A stretch of DNA of 63,922 bases, counting the filler, from Perkinsus chesapeaki ATCC PRA-425 (lineage: Eukaryota; Protista; Perkinsozoa), in NCBI GenBank assembly GCA_013115145.1. It is 6 parts of 6 records of this genome, joined end to end, with 100 filler letters (N's around TTAATTAATTAA, not from the genome) between each part and the next. Parts side by side here need not be neighbours in the genome. Positions count along the whole stretch, not along the records: positions 26,374 to 51,814 come from JAAPAO010000525.1; 5 more parts are not named here. One strand, written 5' to 3'. How positions within the stretch are numbered: position 1 is the first letter of the stretch; each line of letters opens with the position of its first letter. Below the pieces are notes generated by a model. It did no database searches. It was not told where the DNA came from and saw nothing but the letters and a program-made list of their open reading frames with translations. Both the position numbers and the translations under genes were made by a program. Shown here piece by piece: positions 36,681 to 48,513 of the stretch.

Positions 36681-38526
36681 TTTTGGGTAACTATAACTAA
36701 CTCATGAGCGACCATGGTTTCTTAACCGGTGATCAAGAAGACAAAATCCCAAAGGCGTTGAAGCCATTAGGGCGTTCGTTTACTTGTATACAACCCAGGT
36801 ATTCCCAAATTATGGCCGACTTTAGCTCGAGGGATCTCACCACCAAATCACATCGGCAAGACTCACGCTCGTTGATGGATGATTTACACGCAACAGCTTT
36901 GCCTGGTGGAGCGGCTCCACGATGGAGCCTCCATCGTAGCCACGAGGGTAACTCGTAGTTTGCAAATTAACGGCCCAAGAATTCAGGATTTGAACTTTGG
37001 GGACACTCCCAATATGCATCGCCCAACATGTTTAATACACCACATTTTACACTGTTAGCCTTGTGGGCGGAGTCATGACCGATGCGTCCATTGATAGTAA
37101 CGGTACTACAGACAGTGCCAATTGACATATCGATCATCGCATACTGCACGATGGTCTTCTATTAAGGGTTCATACGAAATACTGCTTACTGGGCAGGCAG
37201 AACAGATACGCACAATAGCTGTAGACCTTGAATCAATGAAGCTAGCTGATCTCAGCATGATCCCAGCGTGTCTGTTCCTATGACTAATTCGCTGTGCACG
37301 TGGCACGTGTGCGCTGCGCACTAATCCGCTGAAGAAGCGCCACGCCCATGGCCCATGGCCGACGTCAGCGGAATTTAGTGTGTAAAAAATGGTTGATTGA
37401 ATCGATTCCAGTTTCGAGAGTGAAAAATCCCAGATAAGTAATTCGGGATTTAAATTCCTTTATCAATGAGATATTCTCATTGAGAATAATATAACCTCTA
37501 ATACGACAGCATATATCAAAAGCAAAAAGAGTAGTATCACTCATAACAGTCTGTTCCCCTCTCAACCAAACTCGATAAGATATGAGTGGGAGATACTTCG
37601 AATATAGTGGGCATGTGAGCCGCGTACCGATTAAGACTTACTCTGGAACTCTGATTTCTTAAGAGCTCAATAAGTATTATACTATTACGGACCAGTCGCA
37701 CAATAATTTTCAATTCTATAGTGATACCATTTATATAGTCCGAGTTGAAACGTAATTCACGAGTGCACTTGATGTAAAAAAGAAGGTCATGTGTTGCGCG
37801 CTTAATACAGTTTACTGAGCTCAAGGGTATGTCTTTATTGTGATTGCCATGAAGTGGAGCGGCCGATATTGAAATCGGCTCGCTGAGTTCAGGTTGGGTT
37901 CGGTGAGCGATTACCCAGGTCGGAGCGAGCTGCACGCAAGCTGCAGTCACGTACTGCGTCATGCTTGAAATTGCAAGTGGTTCTTGACTTGACAATGTTA
38001 AGCTTGGATTAGACGCGGCACGCCGTCGTTTTCCATTAACAGTTTAACGCAATATTACAACCTTGGTTGGAGTAGAGCTGAGTAGACGAGAGAGGGTCTA
38101 TCCGGGTTACTAAACCGGCTGGTAATAGGCGAATAGTCGACTGTAGCTTACCATATAACACGCATGAACAAAAGGCGTGTGAGCGGAAGTGTATATAAAC
38201 CTGCTTCAGTGGGCAAGGACTAGCCACTGGACAAACGAACTGTTATGACCATTATGGTCAGCTATGGCAGTACCGTACTGTCAGCATGTAGTACGCGGCG
38301 CTTCATGTGCGCGGTGATAACTGTGGAAAGATACCAACCTTACCACTCGATAAAACTAGCGAAGTATCAGCCTCCGCAAATAAATGACCATCACCAGATT
38401 CAGCCTCTCATCATCGAGAAGCAGTAGTACTACTATTGAGATGAAAATACGGTACAGAAAGGAGAGGCTGACCTTCACAGTTTACCATAAACAAACTCCA
38501 GCTAGGCTAGCTGAGCTAGCAACCTT

Positions 38527-38931
38527 CTACTGACAGGTGCCTCGCTCCAGTTCAATGAGACTGCCCTGAAAAAGTGTGGACACAGAGCCTGAGCCTTCGT
38601 TGTAGAAGAAGAGCTTCATGTCAGGTTCCTCCGGAGAGGTCTTGAGTTCGCATTGCTTGTGTGACTTATCAATGAAGTCGTTGTACTCACCTACACTGCT
38701 TGCAGCTATAGTGTATGTTAGGTTATTAGTCTTATCGACAGCCAGATGTGCCGAGTATCTTTCATTATAGCAATAGATGATATCGTCAACGAAGGTTTGT
38801 TCTCCACGGCTTGTCCAGATAGTCTCAATACACACATCTTCGTCGATCTTCTGGCTAAAATTGCCGTGAAGAGCAACCTTTGAGCACCGAATGCACAAGA
38901 GTAGACTGGACAGCAGGCGAATGTCTACCAT
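38527..38931 (-). CDS. Secreted 4-Cys protein family F3, copy 1 (134 aa)
   Basis: Signal-like MVDIRLLSSLLLCIRCSKVA; CIETIW..YCY..QCEL..GTCQ. Confidence 0.75.
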   Translation of the reverse strand: MVDIRLLSSLLLCIRCSKVALHGNFSQKIDEDVCIETIWTSRGEQTFVDDIIYCYNERYSAHLAVDKTNNLTYTIAASSVGEYNDFIDKSHKQCELKTSPEEPDMKLFFYNEGSGSVSTLFQGSLIELERGTCQ

Positions 38932-40144
38932 GCTAACGATGAGAAAGAATCAACGAACCTGAAGATCTGTCCGAATATTGAGACTTACAGTTTAAATGTA
39001 GAATTCCCATGGCAACGACCGTTGCCAAGCACAAAGCCAATTATCCTTGGAGATTTTCCAAGGAGGATTCCTCCGATTGGAGAATAGCAGTTTCACAGAT
39101 TGGTCAGGATTACGAGGAGTTTGCCATCTAATGGGGTGTATTTCACCAAGCCTGTTGACGTAGGATCCCATTTAAATTATCCGAACGAGCCTTTATTCCG
39201 GCCACACACCCATGTGCAACTTGGATCCACTATGATGCTGTCCGTGGCTCCCCTCCCTTTCAACGGAGTTCCACGATTCACGCTACACTTATGGCAAGGG
39301 GGTGTCTTCAAGACATCCCCGGCGAAATTTCTCACCCTTTAGGCTTCCGATTAGAAAAAAGGTGCACTGCCATTTTCCGGAATCATGAGAATCTATCAAG
39401 ATCGCATGGGATCATGCAAGACCGCACATCTCATGTTCATGACTATGTAGACCGAATGGCGGTACCGTGCGCCACCGTAACGTGTTTGGTGGCAAACGAG
39501 GAGAGATCTCCTTTTAACTCTGATCTCGTATGGGAGTAGAAGGCTCACGTTTAGCACAAGTCGCCCTGGCTAGGTCTGCTATAGCGTTATTCCAAAACTG
39601 GAGGCTTGAGTTGCTCGATCTGAACCGCTGGCTTCAGTCTAAAACCGTGACACGGAATAGTTCAAAAACCAGACGCGGGTGGTGTGACGGAGCTCGACCG
39701 AATAAAAGAACAGCTCTAGGCTAAAGCTGTTCATTTGTTCGTGTGCGTCCCCTCAACTGTTGAGCGTCTCTTCCCGTGTAAGATGAACCACTCCAAGGCG
39801 CAACAATCTCAAACAAGCCAACTCTCGTGAACAATCTCTAGGCCAACTCATGTCACCAACAAAAGCCATGGGCCGCGCACATTCAACTCGCCTACAGCTT
39901 CCTCGTCAACCTTGGAAGTAACCTGAGACAGCGGAACCATATCACTAGCAGGAGACGAACTTGCTCCGATATGAAAGCCGTCTCTAGTTACCTACACGAG
40001 CGAAATATAAGGAAGGAGGACAGATTTGTCAGTTTTCTTCTCGAGGACAATATAAACGCGCCTGGTTTCTTCGTCGGAGATCTAGACATCTCCGGAAATA
40101 CTGTGAAGAGGTGGCCTTGCCCTGACTGACGCATTGTGTCCTAT

Positions 40145-40573
40145 CTAGCGCGCTCCTAAGTAAGAGAATGCTGGAGTTCTCTCGCGATGAAAGGCTTGCA
40201 AACATGGCGAAATCGTGTAGAACATGGCACCGTGTCTAGCACACGCGGTGTAGGGCTCAGGAATCGTCAGTTCAACAGCAAAAAGTGAGGTAAGAGATAC
40301 CTCAATTTTCGGTTGAGCTTTGATCAAGTTGGAGTAGCTGGACAGCATGTCAGCGACATGCATCAAACTGATGCCTCCAATGGTGGGGAAACACCATTGC
40401 CTTCGGCAAAGAGTAAACCCCAAAATGGTCGTAACGGGCAAAAGCCGTGTAATTTGAAACCGTTCGATATCAAGGAATCCTACCTCGGAATGCAGTCGTG
40501 GAGAGGGGCTTGCCGGATCCAGGAGAAATTGGCCTACAGACTGGAACTCGGATTTTGACGATAGTATAGTCAC
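40145..40573 (-). pseudogene. Possible decayed tyrosine-recombinase fragment
   Basis: PEPYTACARHGAMF resembles an eroded YTxHSxRHG motif, preceded by MHVADMLS. The adjacent 39985-40137 is repeated at about 47485-47655. Confidence 0.3.
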
Positions 40574-40709
40574 GATACTATGCCAATAGAAGGGTCGATT
40601 TCAGTTTCGGGAGTAGAGAATCTCAGATAATTAACTCGGAATTCAAAGTACTCTATCACTGAAAATAATATAGCCTTCAGTACGACAGCGTATATTGGGA
40701 GCAGAGAGA

Positions 40710-41877
40710 GTAGTATCACGGCGTGATAATCACGCATAACAGTCTGTTTCCCTCTGAGCCAAACTCGGTAAGATATAAATGGGAGATACTCCGAATATAT
40801 TGGGCCTGTGGGCCGCTTACTGGGTAAGACTTACTCTCGAGCTCTCAACTATTAAAAGCGATATTTTACTATAACGGGCTAGTCGAGGATTTTCACACGA
40901 GAATTCTCAATTCTGTATTGATACCATTAAAATAGTGCGAGTTGCAACATAAGTTACGAGTACACTTGATGTAAAAAAGAAGGTCATGTGTTGCGCGCTT
41001 AATACAGTGTACTAAGCCCAAGGGTATCTCTTTGTTGTGGGTGCCATGACGGTGGAGCGGCTGATATTGGAATCAGCTCGCTGAGTTCTCAGGTTGGCTT
41101 CAGTGAGCGAGTACTCCAGTCGGAGCGAGCCGCACGCCAGCTGCAGGCACGTCGTTCCCCGTTAATAGTTTAACGCAATATTACAACCTTGGTTGGAGTA
41201 GAGTAGACGTCTATCCGGGTTACTAAACCGGCTGATAATAGGCGAATAGTCGACTGTAGCTTACCATATAAATGAACAAAAGGCGTGCGAGCGGAAGTGT
41301 ATATAAACCAGCTTCAGTGGGCAAGGACTAGCCACTGGTCACCATAGCCATAGGTCACCACTAGCCACTGGATAAACGAACTGTTATCACCATTATGGTG
41401 CAATATGGCAGTACCCTTCTGTCAGCATGTAGTACGCCGCGCTTTATGTGCGCGGGGATAACTGTGGAAAGATACCAACCTAACTACTCGATAAAACTAG
41501 CGAAATCTCAACCTCCGCAAATAAATGACCATCACCAGATTCAGCCTCTCATCATCGAGAGGCATTAGTAGTACTATTGATATGAAAATACGGTACAGCA
41601 AGGTGGGGCTGACCTTCACAGTTTATCATCAACAAACTCTAGCTAGGCTCGCTGTCAGTGAGTCTAGCTCAGTGAGCTAGCAACCTTCTACTGACAGGTG
41701 CCTCGCCTCAGCTGAATGGTACTGCCTTGAAAAGCTGTGAACACAGAGTGTAGAGCTTCGCCGCAAGTAAAAAACGTTATTTCAGGTTTACTCCTAAAGG
41801 TCTTTAGTTCGCATTGCTTGTGTGACTTATCAATGAAGTGTCGTTGTACTCACCTAAACTGCTTGCAGCTATAGTGA
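40710..41877. repeat. Partial, diverged third copy of the duplication unit
   Basis: Aligns to about 37525-38710 with indels. Confidence 0.85.
41688..41877 (-). pseudogene. F3 3' fragment (5' end missing)
   Basis: gacttatcaatgaagt..ttcgcattgcttgtgtgac..cacctgtcagtag matches the F3 C-terminus (..QLRRGTCQ-stop); homology ends at about 41877. Confidence 0.8.
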
Positions 41878-42955
41878 CAGTGCGACACGCTTGGAGAGTC
41901 ATCGTCCTTTCGCGTACGAAGCTTTGAACGGATGAGCTGCAACTTGCTACCTGAAGAATCCTACGTTGCTACTCTCGATTCGGGAGTCCCGAACCAGACT
42001 CTTCCGGAATATTATTCCGGGAATACAGCGTCCAGATACGGACAATTTTTCCGGGAGAAGGATTCCATGGACTGGCACTTGCAAGAAGAGCTAGCTTGAG
42101 CGGATAAGTTACAATTGTGAGATTCCTCTCACGCCGAGTCGACGTCGTTGTCGACCTTTTCATGTCGTGTATATCAATAGGAGAGGCCGGGCCTCAGAAG
42201 CCCTATTAATGCTATGAGACACGAAGCTCCTAGCAGCGGGAGACGCTAGCACAAGCCATCCAAGAACCACTGCTCAATTCATTGATCAGTTTAAGCCGAC
42301 GATCATCTTAGCGTGTACAGGATCTAGCTTAATTGCGCTGCATAACTTGTTCAACGCAATAAGAGGCCATTTGGAAAGAAGTACTGAACTGACGCGAGTG
42401 ATGAATGGCTACATGACCCCTTATCATGTAACGTGCACGAAGAACCTTTCTTCGGAAAGGGCACGTGTAAATGACTCTGGCCTCCTACCTGTAGAGTAAC
42501 AGATTGGGCTCTCTAGCTAAGTCATTCGGAATGATGATAGATGACGCCGCCATCATGACAGCGTTCGTAAGAAGCGAAGCTTGGGAGTTGGTATACTAGC
42601 TGCAGAAGAACATTGCAATCACCTGGGAGTATAGCCCTTACTGCGGATGATGTAACCCCTCCACAACGATTCCGATGGAGGAGATTGAGTAACAATGGGA
42701 CCCGTTCATTCAGCCAGTTCCCGACGATTCCCCTTTGACTAACGCTACTCGGCGGTGTCATCTGGACTGTGATGGAGACTAGTTAATAGCTACTATTGAT
42801 GATAAAGTCTGATGATCTCTCATATAAACTTAACCCTCATCCATATAGCTCAAAGCGTCGTGAAACCGCACCACCGGTTCACAGGATAACGAGATCGATA
42901 TGATGGGCATAAACAGACACGCGGTAGCGCTAATGTGCAGCAAAAGAGAGCCTCT

Positions 42956-43456
42956 CTACACTGTGGACTTTGGTATGCCGTGATCCACCACTTTCAGAGT
43001 CTCACCAGCCTCGATTAAAGTAAGCTCAACTTTGTAAAGTCCGCTGAAGCCCAGCGTGAGAGATAAAGAGTCTGGATCATCCGCGGCGACCCAGAATATA
43101 TAGTGCAAATACTCCAAACCTATATGAGCGAGCAGACCTGGAATACATCCGTCATGCTCGGGAGGATAAGATTGCATGGTTTTCTCGTAACGGAAGTGGC
43201 TTCTACAGGTATAAGGCCCAGCGTCGGTTGTGAAATTGAGAGTCGCGGAGAATGTGCGTTTCGACGCTGCATATACATAGGCCTCATAACGAACCTTATT
43301 GCGCATACCCCCATACTTCCCAATATCAACGGAGTACTTTGGATCACCGCAGCTCTTCAATCCAGTCATCATGGCATAAGGAATAATAAGCAATACACAT
43401 CTCAACCAAACGGAGTATGGCTTATCGGCGGGTTTAGCCGTACGACGGCAAGTCAT
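42956..43456 (-). CDS. Putative secreted/surface protein, unrelated to F1-F3
   Basis: 166-codon ORF with hydrophobic segment VWLRCVLLIIPYAMM, then GKYGG and a C..C pair (YTCR, DGCIP); true start uncertain. Confidence 0.55.
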   Translation of the reverse strand: MTCRRTAKPADKPYSVWLRCVLLIIPYAMMTGLKSCGDPKYSVDIGKYGGMRNKVRYEAYVYAASKRTFSATLNFTTDAGPYTCRSHFRYEKTMQSYPPEHDGCIPGLLAHIGLEYLHYIFWVAADDPDSLSLTLGFSGLYKVELTLIEAGETLKVVDHGIPKSTV

Positions 43457-43933
43457 ATCTTCGTACTATAAAGTTTAGGAGAACAAAGGTGCTGTGGAGA
43501 ACCTCAATGGCCAATATTGTTGATCCGACAGGGCCTAACTCGGGGGATTGCGTTCTGCTTGCACGCGACTCGCGTGACGCGAGAATAACCGATGTAAATT
43601 ATCAGGCTTGTTGATGTGCGGTAGGATATTCGCAGCCAAAAGCATCATAAGAGGCGATATTACGAAAGCTCTCCTCCTGTGAATGTGAAGCACGACGAAG
43701 CTTGTGCTATCATACGCTCTGATGGGAAAGAGGGGCCCGTCGAGCGCGTGCGTCAATCTCATGTCACGGTGTACATGCGTACGATAATCGGGGGGGGGGG
43801 AGCTGCTGAAGGCGGTTGAGACTTTTACTGGAGGTCTAAGAGTTTCAGGTTCGTTACTGCAGAGAGTCTGAGGGTCTCATTGATTCGCCCTCGCCCGGGA
43901 TTTCTGTTCTTCTATAGTATCACTACTATTTGC

Positions 43934-44250
43934 CCAGCCATATGCTATGGCCGACTCTCAGCCTGTGAGATTCGGGGCGACCTTCTCCCCCCTACAGATA
44001 GGGCTCACGCCTTAGATTACTCGGCCATATGCTTTGGCCAACTCTCAGCCTGAGAGATTCGGGGCGACTTTCTCCCCCTTTACACATAAGGCTCACGCCT
44101 TAGATTACCCAGCCATATGCTATGGCCAACTCTCAGCCTGAGAGATTCGGGGTGACTTTCTCCCCCTTTACATATAAGGCTCACGCCTTAGATTACCCAG
44201 CCATATGCTATGGCCAACTCTCAGCCTGAGAGGCTCGGGGCGACCTTCCC
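43934..44250. repeat. 87-88-bp tandem array (about 3.5 copies) inside the YR element
   Basis: gccatatgctatggccaactctcagcctgagagattcgggg.. starts at 43937, 44024, 44112 and 44200; no unique spacers. Confidence 0.92.
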
Positions 44251-44499
44251 CCTTTCGCTGCCGGGACCAGTGATCTTAGCTCAGTCTCATGCGACAAAGC
44301 CTATGGTGCTAGTTCATCTTCCCAGCTTGCAGATAGGGCTCGCGCCTCCTCTTACAGAGAATACTACGCAAGGGCGTTTATCATTGACCATCATACTAAC
44401 CTTCATTTAGTTCTTCTCCCAGGGGGACATTGTTGGATCATCCAACTTGGATGTACTTCAATCGGATTCTGTCATCACTGTTCTGGACCTCTGCTCATG

Positions 44500-45417
44500 T
44501 TCACCACAAAGTCTCTCATGCTCACCAAAAATACGTTGGCATATACTCTGGAGTCGCAAGTTAGGACTCACCCCGACTTCAAAGCAGCTTAAACTGCTGA
44601 AGATTTGTGTCTCCTGCAGCTCGGAAGTCCTACAGATCAGCACTCACATGCTTCCTCCTTTGGCATTGTACACACCTTCCGAGAGCCTCGATATTCTCCT
44701 GTGTCGTCAATATGATTCAATCGCTCATTATTGCTAATCGGGCGCATGCTCGCTACGTTACAGACTGTATGAATTTTGCTCATCACTGTAACTTACAGTG
44801 ATGAGCAAAATTCATGCTACATTATCCCTCCCTATCAACTTCGATGATTCCTTAACGTATCTCATGGTTAGAGGTGCATTAAAGGTGATTCATCAGCGTC
44901 GTACGCGAAGGACCTTCGTCGAAGCCTTCGACTTGAAGGTCTCTTTGGTGCTTTCTGTGTTCTTTGTTACAGGCTGTAACTTACAGCTTTGGCCTTCGAA
45001 TACCATCCGAGCTTTGGATCCCGGGACATTGTTTTCTCCGGATCCTCTATTTACTTGACACTACATTACCGGAGGAATGATTCACCTCCTAGTCAATCAC
45101 ATAGGTCGAGTACATGCTCCTTAACGGGGAGTAAACTATGTCCCGTTGAGCCTGGAAAGATTGCAGTGGCACCTCGACCCGAGTCCTTTTCGCAGTCCAC
45201 CTTCAATCGGTTACTTAATAACTGCACCAAATTTCTACCTGACATCTCACACGGTGCAAGCTCTCATGCTTTCCGGCGAGGTTTCACAACCGAGCTGGTC
45301 CTAGCTGATGGTCCAGGTTCTACCATTGCCAAACTAGGCGTTCGAAAGTGTCCTGCAACTATGCTGCACTATCTAACTCGTCGTGCCCGTAGATGCTTAC
45401 AGCATAAACGACGTTAG
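44500..45417 (+). pseudogene. Tyrosine recombinase (phage integrase fold), frameshifted
   Basis: Core-binding remnant RKSYRSALTCFLLWH; catalytic-domain remnants RDIVFS..IYLTLHYRRND, KLCPV, SSHAFRRG (HxxR), LG...PATMLHY (catalytic Tyr). Confidence 0.85.
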
Positions 45418-48400
45418 TTGATGCTATAGCGGCGATAGTATTGCCTACTAATATAGACTAGCTTTTGCTCATTCTCTACCTCACCTCTTCTCGTCATTGG
45501 GAAAGTTCGGTTCGGTGCCGAGAAAGTATCACGAATTGCCAACTATGGGTGAGGCTCACTCAGTAAGCACATTGGAGGCTTGCTCCTATCTAATGGGGAG
45601 AGGACTAGCGGCCAGCCATCTTGACAAAGAGTGTCTTACAATGGGGACTCACTCTGTCAAGATGGTTGTCGCTCGTCTCCGTTGCTCACCGCCCAACGTA
45701 GTTTGAGACGGACATGGGCTGAACTATCGAGGAGTGTATGTGAAGCACGACGAAGCTTGTGCTATCATACACTCTGATGGGAAAGAGGCGCCCGTCGAGC
45801 GCATGCGTCAATCTTATGTCACGGTGTACATGCGTACTATAATCGGGGGAGCTGCTGAAGGCGGTTGACACTTTCACTGGAGGTCTAAGAGTTTCCGGCT
45901 CGTTACTGCAGAGAGTCTGAGTGTCTCATTGATTTCGTCCCGCCCTTCACTCACTCACAATTGTTTGAAAGAGAGTTCACTATGGTTGTCGCTCGTCTCC
46001 GTTGGGACTCACTCTGTCAAGATGGTTGTCGCTCGTCTCCGTTTCTCACCGCCCAACGTAGTTTGAGACGGACATGGACCGAACCATCAAGGAGTGAATG
46101 TGCTGCATATTTGAAACTCGGTTTCCAATCCTCTCGAGTCCGAAATTCATCCTCCACCACCGTATCCAGCCTACCGAAGCTAAACCGTAGTACGGTTACC
46201 GTACGGGTTTTGCATAACCTACTGTACTAGGTTAAACCTAGTCTCGCCCAAAAAGGCTCCCCAGTTTTTTTACTAGTACTAAATAAAGAGGATGCTTGGC
46301 GGACGAGTGTGTGGGGAGTGAGTTACTTCAAGTAACACTCCTGCCGGAGTCTCCCGGGGTACGCCAATTCATCGCCAATGGAAACTTTCCACAACGTGCG
46401 CGTTCAGCTCACATCTGTGCCGTGTTTACGTTTCTTTCATACATAACCCATCGAATGAGATATAAGGATATAAGGATGGGACCCATCCTTATCCTCTATC
46501 CTCCCCTTATAATAGTCTAGTGCATTAAGTTGTATCTGTTCTATTACTGATAAAACAGATACAACTATACTTGGGTTATCCAAGCTTCCTGGCGCGGCAA
46601 CGAGTCACACCCAGGATGGCGATGCCAATTCCAGCGGGTACTTCGTAAGTTTAGTAGCGAGAGTAGCTCGCTTGTAGTGAAAACTACAGCATGTACTACT
46701 CTAGGAAGAACTCAAAAGTCTAACTTAAATCTCTTTTCTTTTGATTCGACCCCATTTAGGCAGGTACAATGCTATAGGGTGCTGGCAGCACTCTATAGCG
46801 AGTTCCAAATCCGATAGCACATTTCCGTATGTAGACATTCTTTCGTTTGTTCATTGCTCAAAGCACAGTAGGAATATCGGGTTGACTCGCACGGCACTGG
46901 AAAGACCTGGTGAGAGATTTCGAATGGTAACCGTGCTAACAACAAGTTCGCACGCGTTATGAAATCCCGAAGGGTGGGTCTTTTTGCAGCACCCTGTATA
47001 TGCTTCGGTGTGTTATGACGTCGGGATTCCCGACTCGGGAACTTCCCGACGGGAAGGCACTATTGACTAGCCTAGGATGGTATATGGTGAATATACTACA
47101 GCCCACCACAATGAAATATAATATTTCGTTTCTTAACGATTTCTCGTCCGCTATTGAGCGTACGACCCAGAAATTTTGTAGCATAGTACTAGAAAACACA
47201 GCAAGGAAGAATATGTGAATCGGTCAACCGTTTCATGCCTTGGTGCAAAGATAACGGCGCGCGAAATTTTCCGCGCGCGCAGAACTGCCCAAGTGAAATA
47301 GAATACTTTTTCCTGGTGGTACCAGAATCTAGTAACTATGGATAGTGGATAGTACCTGAGATGGCAAAACAATATCACGACCAGTGAAATAGCGAGTCTG
47401 ATGCTAGGCTAGTGATTTACTAGTGTAAATCACAACTCGAGCAACTTCAGCACGGGACTTGCTCAACTTGAGCAGCTCAATGGTATCTCTAGTTGCCTAT
47501 ACGGTCTAAGAGCCCCTCCTAAGAGTCTCATAAGGAGCGCTTTGTCAATTCTCTTCCCGAGGCTAATATAAACGCGCCTGGTTTCTCTGACGAAGCTCTC
47601 GACATCTCCGAAAATACTGTTAAGAAGCGACCTCGCTCTGGATGGCGCATTGTGACGCAACCTAATCGGTAAAATACTGAACTGAAGTCAGAACTTACTG
47701 CTACTCAAGCGGGAGGAAAAGATTTCTAATTATGCCCATGATGGAAATTCCATCTCAAAGCCACAACACTCAGGGAAATACCAAGCGTGATTGGAGGAGC
47801 TACACTTGCAGGAATTACCACAATTTGGCCCAGAATAAATGGCATAGTATTCTCTGCTCTATTGTGAGTGCCGCTGAAGCTGCAGCCTTCTTCTTCTTGC
47901 CTTTACCGGACTTCTTCCCTTTCATACGCAAATGAAAACCTGCTACCTCAGCATTTTCCTTAGACAACTCACCCCTCTAGCAAACGAAAAAATATGCTTG
48001 ACCAAAAATGCCGCTCTTCAACCAAGTTTTCCTATTGTCGCTTTTTTCATTATGTGAGCAAGTGAACGGTCGACGAACGAATCGACCAATCCAGCAACAG
48101 TGAAGACACCGCCCACGATAGCACAGACTTGCACGATGAAATGTGCGAACGATTTCCGCATTTCGACGAATTCAACACTCACTGTAGAAATATCGTAGCG
48201 AATGAGCGGTATGAGGTATGATGTGCGGCATGAGACATACTCTTGCCGTGCCTGCTGAGGAAACTCACGTTGGGGGGACCATAACGAAACGCAATGTTAA
48301 CGTAAACGAAAGGCGAAACGAAAGGCAATGTTGGAAGGACGGATAATTGAGTTCGTTGAGTGGGCTGAATACTGACCGGCTGATGAGCGAACATGAAGAG

Positions 48401-48513
48401 TGTTCAAACGTAGGTGACTATTAAGTGAATCATACAATCACCAAATTGAGCACTTTGGATGAACCATGATTGACGAGTCGTTACTAACCGTGCCATTCGT
48501 CTCACCGAAAGAT

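Larger units (their letters stand above)
36060..39500. repeat. Segmental duplication unit 1 (F2 gene + spacer + F3 gene)
   Basis: Near-identical to 48300-51660 over the first 2.3 kb; partial diverged third copy at 40710-41877. Confidence 0.92.
43679..46102 (+). mobile_element. Non-autonomous tyrosine-recombinase element with split direct repeats (Ngaro/PAT-like A1-YR-B1-A2-B2), 2424 bp
   Basis: A1 43679-43896 matches A2 45734-45945; B1 45644-45742 matches B2 46004-46102; YR remnant between them; GTGAATGTG at both termini. Confidence 0.85.

Noticed and set aside
36704-38430. ORFs in the duplicated F2-F3 spacer (for example 37537..37995)
   Set aside because: They recur only because the DNA is a recent duplicate; the older third copy breaks them and no motifs are recognisable.
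43934-44250. CRISPR-like array
   Set aside because: Units are contiguous near-identical 88-mers with no unique spacers; eukaryotic context and no cas genes.
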